Positions 25,636 through 30,524 of a stretch of 30,524 bases of DNA are shown here, in pieces. The DNA lies in NCBI GenBank assembly GCA_028698185.1, contig JAQVDW010000022.1, positions 1 to 30,524 on the forward strand, in the 5' to 3' direction. The position numbers and the translations under genes are program-made. The stretch is from Erysipelotrichaceae bacterium (GTDB lineage Bacteria > Bacillota_I > Bacilli_A > Erysipelotrichales > Coprobacillaceae). The notes beneath the pieces were generated by a model. The model ran no database searches. It worked only from the letters and a program-made list of their open reading frames with translations, and was not told where the DNA came from. Within the stretch, counting starts at the first letter, position 1; every line of letters begins with the position of its first letter.

Positions 25636-25725
25636 AATCTTGAAGGTCGAATCATTGTTCAGTTGGGATGAATCAGGTAAAGGTGAGCAAACCTGATCCC
25701 ATAAAGAATATGTCAGGTTGTTGGA

Positions 25726-27048
25726 TTAAGCAGCTTCCAATGCTTCTTCTACTTGTACTTGAGCCTGTTGTCTTTCATACATTTTCACAAACGGCAGATA
25801 GACGGCCATACCCACGACAATACCCAACAGCTGGAACAATCCGCCCATGAAGTTTCCACCGCTTGCCAAAAATCCCATCAGGAATGGTGGCATTGTCCAA
25901 GGCACCTGGATGAACATCACCGGGCAAAGACCCATTGCGGTTACCACATAACCGAAGATAACGCTGGCGATTGGAGCCAGGATAAACGGAATGATCAGTA
26001 AGGGGTTAAGAACTACCGGGAAACCGAACATGTTGACTTCCCCGATGTTGAACATGTTTGGCACGATTGCCAGACGGGCTACTGATTTGTTTTCATCACG
26101 ACGGGCAAGCAAGAACATCGCCAAGGTCAATGAAAGCATCGCACCGGTACCGCCGGTAGCCATGAAAGCACGGTAGAAAGAATAATTGATGATGTTCGTT
26201 GGAGCTAATCCGGCTTCAACTGCAGCTGTGTTTTCAAGCATCAAGGTGACGATGATTGGTTCGAGCACCCCGCCGATCATATTGTCGCCATGGAGACCGA
26301 CAGACCAGAACATGCAAGATACAGTAAGGAAAACCAGGATACCCGGCAACGAACCACCGATTTTAAGTAACGGCTGCTGCACGAGGTTGAAAATAAGGTC
26401 ATTCAGGTAGTTTCCAGTCAGGTTGACGCATGCAAGTCCAAGCAGTGCGGTAACAAGCAGCACCAAAAAAGCGGGAATCAGGTATTCGAATGAGCGGGCA
26501 ACCCCAGGAGGCACCTGTTCAGGCATCTTGATTTTCAAAGCGTCAACGGAATAAAGCTTGCTAAAAAGCTCCACGGCAATAACCGCCATGATCATGGCAG
26601 TGAACATCCCGGTACTTCCCAAAGAGCCGCTGAAAATTCCGCGGACCGTCGCAATTACATTTCCCGCTTCGTCAGATACTACTGTAGCTGTATTTGTGAC
26701 ACTGATAAAAGCGATGAAAGCCAGGATCCCACCGAAAGTTCCGGACTGTTTGTTCTCCTTTGCCAGTTCCGAACCGACCAGGAACACGATGCCGGCTGAG
26801 ATGCAACCGATTGTACAGAAGTTCAAGGCATTGAATGCCGGGTTTAAAAATTGCAGTGCCATAACTTGGGGAATCAAAGCACCCAAACCAGTGTTGGCAT
26901 TGACGATAACGTGCGACCACAGCACCCCGATGGCACCGATGATGGTGAATGGCAGGAATGTCTGGAAGGCGTTCTTGATGCATTTCAAATATTTGTTTTC
27001 ACTTGCAGCCGTACCGAATTTGATCAGTACTTCTTGAAATCTCTCCAT
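25726..27048 (-). CDS. PTS EIIC permease, lactose/cellobiose (Lac/Chb) family, orphan
   Basis: 440-aa polytopic protein. The N-terminal MERFQEVLIKFGTAASENKYLKCIKNAFQTFLPFTIIGAI is typical of CelB/ChbC-type EIIC. AAGGAG lies 7 nt before ATG 27048. No EIIA, EIIB or glycosidase is adjacent. Confidence 0.88.
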   Translation of the reverse strand: MERFQEVLIKFGTAASENKYLKCIKNAFQTFLPFTIIGAIGVLWSHVIVNANTGLGALIPQVMALQFLNPAFNALNFCTIGCISAGIVFLVGSELAKENKQSGTFGGILAFIAFISVTNTATVVSDEAGNVIATVRGIFSGSLGSTGMFTAMIMAVIAVELFSKLYSVDALKIKMPEQVPPGVARSFEYLIPAFLVLLVTALLGLACVNLTGNYLNDLIFNLVQQPLLKIGGSLPGILVFLTVSCMFWSVGLHGDNMIGGVLEPIIVTLMLENTAAVEAGLAPTNIINYSFYRAFMATGGTGAMLSLTLAMFLLARRDENKSVARLAIVPNMFNIGEVNMFGFPVVLNPLLIIPFILAPIASVIFGYVVTAMGLCPVMFIQVPWTMPPFLMGFLASGGNFMGGLFQLLGIVVGMAVYLPFVKMYERQQAQVQVEEALEAA

Positions 27049-27348
27049 TGTTTTCTCCTTATAAATTCTATGTTTCATAAACTGCTTTGTTTAAGACGGG
27101 CAATCAGCTTTGGATTCTGGCCAGATACATCCTTCTATTTGCGATCCGTAAAGCGTTTACAGGTCAACTATAGCACCCGCTTGTAAGAGATTCAATCAAT
27201 CGCTGGCAACTGAAAGCAAAGTACCAAAAAGTGTCAAATAAGCTAGAAATCCTGAACTTTTAGTCCAAAAAGCGGCATATTTTTGTTGCCGCAATTAAAC
27301 CGTATCTTCATTATGTCTGGTGTTCTCCGGATATATTGGAAAAATCCG

Positions 27349-27379
27349 TTGACTTAGAGTGGACTTGAAGGTTTATGAT
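27349..27379 (+). promoter_or_regulatory. MerR-type promoter with a 19-bp spacer and internal inverted repeat
   Basis: TTGACT (27349-27354), 19-nt spacer, TATGAT (27374-27379). The inverted repeat CTTAGAGT-GG-ACTTGAAG spans the -35 and spacer. Confidence 0.55.
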
Positions 27380-27452
27380 TAAGTTACCGGTAATGATAAA
27401 TATGGTTTCAAGTAAGAGGCTAAGTTATGTCCATGAAAAGGCGGATTTTGAA

Positions 27453-27950
27453 ATGAAGTCGAAAAAGATAATATCATTCTTTCTGGCCGGTGTCATCCTA
27501 GGCGGGCTGGCATTTGGGTTTCGATTGCAATCGGGCAACGAGAATAAAGAAACTATCGAAAGTCAAATTGATGCCCCGGCTGAAACTATAAGAGGTGAAA
27601 AAATGATGAAAATTACAGTTGGCGACACAGTTCTTGAAGTCGCCGTGGAATCGAATTCTTCAACGGCGGCATTGCTCGCCCGGCTTGAACAGGGTCCGGT
27701 GACCATATCCATGCGCGATTACGGCAACATTGAAAAGGTTGGAAATCTTGGTTTCAACCTGCCCCAGAACAATGAAATGATGAATACCAGGGCCGGCGAT
27801 GTTATCCTGTACCAGGGCAATTCGTTCGTGATATATTATGACACCAACGCCTGGAGCCTTACGCCAATCGGCAAGGTGAGCAACGTGGCGCCCGAAAAAC
27901 TAAAAGACATATTAAAAGGCGACCGGATCATAGCGACTCTGTCTTTGTGA
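27453..27950 (+). CDS. Cyclophilin-like-fold protein with N-terminal signal/anchor
   Basis: MKSKKIISFFLAGVILGGLAFG hydrophobic N-terminus. The C-terminal ~115 aa (MKITVGDTVLEVAVESNSSTAALLARLEQGPVTISMRDYGN.EKVG..G..LP.NN....T.AGDV.LYQGN.FVIYY..N.WS.TPIGKV) match the cyclophilin-like small-protein family commonly found next to CMD genes. The start codon is uncertain. Confidence 0.6.
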   Translation: MKSKKIISFFLAGVILGGLAFGFRLQSGNENKETIESQIDAPAETIRGEKMMKITVGDTVLEVAVESNSSTAALLARLEQGPVTISMRDYGNIEKVGNLGFNLPQNNEMMNTRAGDVILYQGNSFVIYYDTNAWSLTPIGKVSNVAPEKLKDILKGDRIIATLSL

Positions 27951-27977
27951 GGGCCGGTTGATAAAGGAGATAAGACA

Positions 27978-28679
27978 ATGGAAAAATACGAGATGTTCGA
28001 TGATTTGTTGCAACAATATGATGGGGAGTACGCCAAGCTGTTCGAACGGTTCGCCCAGGAAGAAGCGAAAGCGAACGTAAAGCTCGAGGTGGCAAGCCAG
28101 TTCATGGTCCAGATTGGGGCGATCATGGCGGCCCAGGGAATCGACTGCTACAAGCAGATTCTCCCTGCGGCTTTGAAGGTGTTGGGTCCCGTCGCAATCA
28201 AGGAAATCATCTACCAGGCCGGGGCTTATCTGGGTCTAACTAAAGTCTATCCGTTTTTAAGCGTGACCAACGAAATTTTCCTGGCAAACAATATCGCCTT
28301 GCCACTGGAATCGCAAAGCACCACCGACCAGTCCAGCCGGCAACCGGAAGGGACAAATGCCCAGGTTGCCATATTTGGAGAGGGCATGGCTGAGTTCTAT
28401 CAAAAGGGCAAGATGAACTATCTCTTGGCTGCGAACTGCTTTGGGGATTATTACACCCGGACCGGTCTCGATCTCAAAAGCCGCGAGCTGCTGACGTTCT
28501 CGTTTTTGCTTGGTCATGGGGGCTGCGAATCCCAGCTGGCCAGCCATGTCAACGGCAATCTGAAAATGGGCAACGATTATTCGACAATGATGGATGTCAT
28601 CTATGTCTGTCTGCCTTATGTGGGCTATCCCCGTTCTCTTAATGCCGTGGCTGTACTCAACCAGGTCACCAGCAAATGA
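27978..28679 (+). CDS. Carboxymuconolactone decarboxylase (AhpD-like) family protein
   Basis: The C-terminal ..YTRTGLDLKSRELLTFSFLLGHGGCESQLASHVNGNLKMGN......VI..CLPYVGYPRSLNA is characteristic of the CMD fold. AAGGAG RBS. Confidence 0.82.
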   Translation: MEKYEMFDDLLQQYDGEYAKLFERFAQEEAKANVKLEVASQFMVQIGAIMAAQGIDCYKQILPAALKVLGPVAIKEIIYQAGAYLGLTKVYPFLSVTNEIFLANNIALPLESQSTTDQSSRQPEGTNAQVAIFGEGMAEFYQKGKMNYLLAANCFGDYYTRTGLDLKSRELLTFSFLLGHGGCESQLASHVNGNLKMGNDYSTMMDVIYVCLPYVGYPRSLNAVAVLNQVTSK

Positions 28680-28696
28680 TATAGTTTCCAACCTTG

Positions 28697-28722
28697 CCGG
28701 AGTTGCCATGCTCCGGTTTTTT
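28697..28722 (+). terminator. Rho-independent terminator after the CMD gene
   Basis: ccggag / ttgccatg / ctccgg followed by T6. Confidence 0.75.
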
Positions 28723-28867
28723 GGGCATCAATTGTGCAAGTGAACCCAATAAAAAGATACAGCTGTAAAATTGGTGGCTATGTGTCGCTAAAAAAAACAT
28801 TAAACACCACACAATCATGGGAAAAGTATGGTATAATTTCCTGAGAATAGATTCAAGGAGTCCCCCA

Positions 28868-29650
28868 ATGAAACAAGTGAATTTGCCCCTAGATTACATA
28901 ATCAAGATTGCCAACAATAGTGAATTCCCCGATGATGATGTCCAGATAGCCCGGGCCCTGGTGCATCATCTCCACGTTTTGCCCGAGATGAATATTGATG
29001 GTTTTGTGTTTGTCAGCTCGCTTTCCAAATCGGCGCTGATCAAATTTTACACGAGGCTAGGGTATCTTAGCTTCGCTGAGTTTGTCGTTGATCTGTTTAT
29101 CGGAGTAAATGCCCGCAAAAGACAGATGTCACAGCGCTACGGCAACTACGATATCAATGCGGCCATCACCCGCTTCGATAACTTCACCGAATGCAAGTTC
29201 GAGGATATGGATGTCGTTGATGAAATCTGCGCCAAGATCCACCGGGCAGGCCGGGTTGTCTGTTTTGGTGCGATCGGCCAGACCACCTTGCTCCAGGATT
29301 TCCAGCAGGACCTGCTTTTGATGAAAAAGGAGGTTAAGGTCGATTCACTGATCGAAGGCCACGATGCCCATCTTCTTGACGATGACCTGGTTTTCCTTTT
29401 CTCGGCTTCGGGCCGGATCTTATACCTGGCCCCGACCCAGTTCAAACTCGATGTTCTTGCCAGTTCCAATGACAAGGTGCTGTTTTGCCAGAAAAAGGTG
29501 GTCGCCCCGGCAGACACATTGTTGCTCGCGACCAACGCCCCTGATGATCACTTCACCCACCGGTTTGTGGTCCAGCATCTTCTCGATCTGATCCGGGTGC
29601 GCTACTTCGGCCTATACGGCCACGTTCATATCGAGGAAAATATCGGATAA
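28868..29650 (+). CDS. MurR/RpiR-family transcriptional regulator (HTH_6 + SIS domain)
   Basis: HTH region ..VFVSSLSKSALIKFYTRLGYLSFAEFV.. and SIS-like ..GRVVCFGAIGQTTLLQDFQQDL... ATG 28868 follows AAGGAG. An extended -10 (TGgTATAAT) lies at 28829-28837. Confidence 0.75.
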   Translation: MKQVNLPLDYIIKIANNSEFPDDDVQIARALVHHLHVLPEMNIDGFVFVSSLSKSALIKFYTRLGYLSFAEFVVDLFIGVNARKRQMSQRYGNYDINAAITRFDNFTECKFEDMDVVDEICAKIHRAGRVVCFGAIGQTTLLQDFQQDLLLMKKEVKVDSLIEGHDAHLLDDDLVFLFSASGRILYLAPTQFKLDVLASSNDKVLFCQKKVVAPADTLLLATNAPDDHFTHRFVVQHLLDLIRVRYFGLYGHVHIEENIG

Positions 29651-29660
29651 GTAGCCAAAC

Positions 29661-29686
29661 AAGCCCCTTTTTTGAGGGGCTTTTTG
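29661..29686 (+). terminator. Rho-independent terminator after the RpiR-family gene
   Basis: aagcccct / tttttg / aggggctt followed by a T run. Confidence 0.75.
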
Positions 29687-30045
29687 CATGGATTCACATA
29701 AGTAACCACAACCGGGACAATGCGGCTTGTATTTGCCGTTGTCATCCTGGGTAGAGTGCGGCCAATCCGTTGGATAACCCGATGGTTCATAACAGCCATT
29801 TTCGTTGTTTTTATTGTTGTGAGACAACAGTAACGACATTCCTGTAATCGGAAGGATCCAATGACAAAAATAGCTGGAAACAAGGGCTTTGTAATGGTAC
29901 ATGGCACAAAGTGCTGTTGCTGTAAAAATTTCCGGAAATTTAGGAAATGACTGTGCCGGATTGGGAATGGGTTTTGAAATTACCGAAATTGACAATTGTC
30001 AGGCTCATGGAAAGAGGGTTGGGGTTGGGATAACCACAAACCGAA

Positions 30046-30074
30046 TTGACGAAATTTCCTTGCGGGCATATACT
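30046..30074 (+). promoter_or_regulatory. Sigma-A-like promoter upstream of the GDSL-hydrolase gene
   Basis: TTGACG (30046-30051), 17-nt spacer, TATACT (30069-30074). Confidence 0.45.
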
Positions 30075-30126
30075 TGACTTAGAGAAGAAAATTCAAATTA
30101 TTATGTGGTTTTTAGAGGGAAATACT

Positions 30127-30423
30127 ATGAGAAAGACTTTTAAATTCCTGACAATCTGGCTTACAAGTTTTGCGTTTTTATTTATAGGCATAACACCAGT
30201 TGCTGCGGCACCTAAGCATTTGAGGATCGATTATGTCGCGTTGGGTGACTCGGTAGCATCTGGAGCTTTGGCGGTTGCGGGGTTGTTACCGGGAACTATT
30301 ACTTCTTCCGATTATGGTTACACTGATTTGGTGGCCCAAAGTTTAGATAATCTTGGAGTACTTCGTAAATTCAATGAAAATTATGCAATCTCTGGGAGGC
30401 CTTTCGCTGTTTACTATGGGTAA
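30127..30423 (+). pseudogene. Secreted SGNH/GDSL hydrolase, apparently 3'-truncated (only block I retained)
   Basis: Signal peptide MRKTFKFLTIWLTSFAFLFIGITPVAAA, then the block I motif YVALGDSVASG. The ORF ends after 98 aa, shortly after ..ENYAISG. Blocks II, III and V of the family are missing. Confidence 0.55.
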
Positions 30424-30503
30424 GCAGGTAAATAGCCTATTGTGGTTATTGTGAAAATGACCTAAAATTGTATCCATATACTACTAACGATTGCGAGGTA
30501 ATT

Positions 30504-30524
30504 ATGATGGATACTTTGAACTTA
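30504..30524 (+). other. Start of an unidentified ORF running off the window (possibly the gene of an inserted element)
   Basis: GAGGT (30495-30499), then ATG 30504 encoding MMDTLNL... Only 7 codons are visible. Confidence 0.2.

Noticed and set aside
27148-27160. cre-like (CcpA) site GTAAAGCGTTTAC upstream of the orphan EIIC gene
   Set aside because: It is palindromic and cre-like, but it carries an extra central base relative to the 14-nt TGWAANCGNTNWCA consensus, so the arms are out of register. This is too weak to call without a scoring matrix.
29612-29995. 127-aa (and overlapping 93-aa) minus-strand ORFs with a Cys-rich stretch (..HCPGCGY..)
   Set aside because: Both frames read straight through the strong RpiR terminator hairpin (29661-29686) and overlap the convergent RpiR gene by ~40 nt. 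The annotated start is a TTG inside the TGACAATTGTCA palindrome, and internal ATGs lack an RBS. A real small gene is not excluded, but I cannot support one.
30074-30084. 11-nt identity TTGACTTAGAG shared with the MerR-type promoter at 27349-27359, also followed by a 19-nt spacer and TATTAT
   Set aside because: The second half-site of the dyad is absent here (AAAATTCA versus ACTTGAAG). Many 11-mer coincidences are expected in 30 kb. A better 17-bp-spacer promoter lies immediately upstream (30046-30074).
1-30524. CRISPR arrays, tRNA/rRNA genes, and obvious defence-system or prophage genes
   Set aside because: I found no regularly spaced direct repeats, no cloverleaf-like or rRNA-like segments, and no nuclease, methylase, reverse-transcriptase or phage structural motifs while reading either strand.

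Overview
The window looks like a Firmicutes-type chromosomal segment, with GGAGG ribosome-binding sites and many rho-independent terminators. It is dominated by anaerobic sugar catabolism and bounded by mobile-element remnants.

Layout, left to right:
- The 3' end of an IS110-family transposase, a cupin gene, and two tandem ArsC/LMW-phosphatase paralogs, the second frameshifted.
- An 11-gene, tightly coupled ascorbate-like (ula) PTS operon at 2725-11876: ulaG, IIA, IIC, tal, IIB, DeoR, an unknown protein, ulaE, ulaF and a split transketolase. No ulaD decarboxylase is recognisable. An uncharacterised 346-aa repeat protein sits where ulaD would be expected.
- A DeoR-controlled glycyl-radical-enzyme cluster at 12035-17999: a PflD/YbiW-like GRE, its activase, and two fructose-6-phosphate-aldolase-type paralogs.
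- An amber-interrupted P-loop kinase, murI, a YjzC-like gene, a membrane protein and an orphan type IV pilin-like gene.
- A MerR regulator with VOC and Gfo/Idh/MocA genes.
- A ykkC-family (guanidine-I-like) riboswitch with an overlapping terminator, upstream of a frameshifted PNPOx-family gene.
- An orphan PTS EIIC and a cyclophilin-like/CMD pair behind a 19-bp-spacer MerR-type promoter.
- An RpiR regulator and a truncated GDSL hydrolase, followed by what looks like a new element.

The most interesting items are the GRE/aldolase cluster, the ulaD-less ula operon with its unknown protein, and the variant ykkC-type riboswitch in an unusual gene context.

Four genes are disrupted within 30 kb. 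All calls rest on reading the sequence and recalled family motifs. No searches were run.
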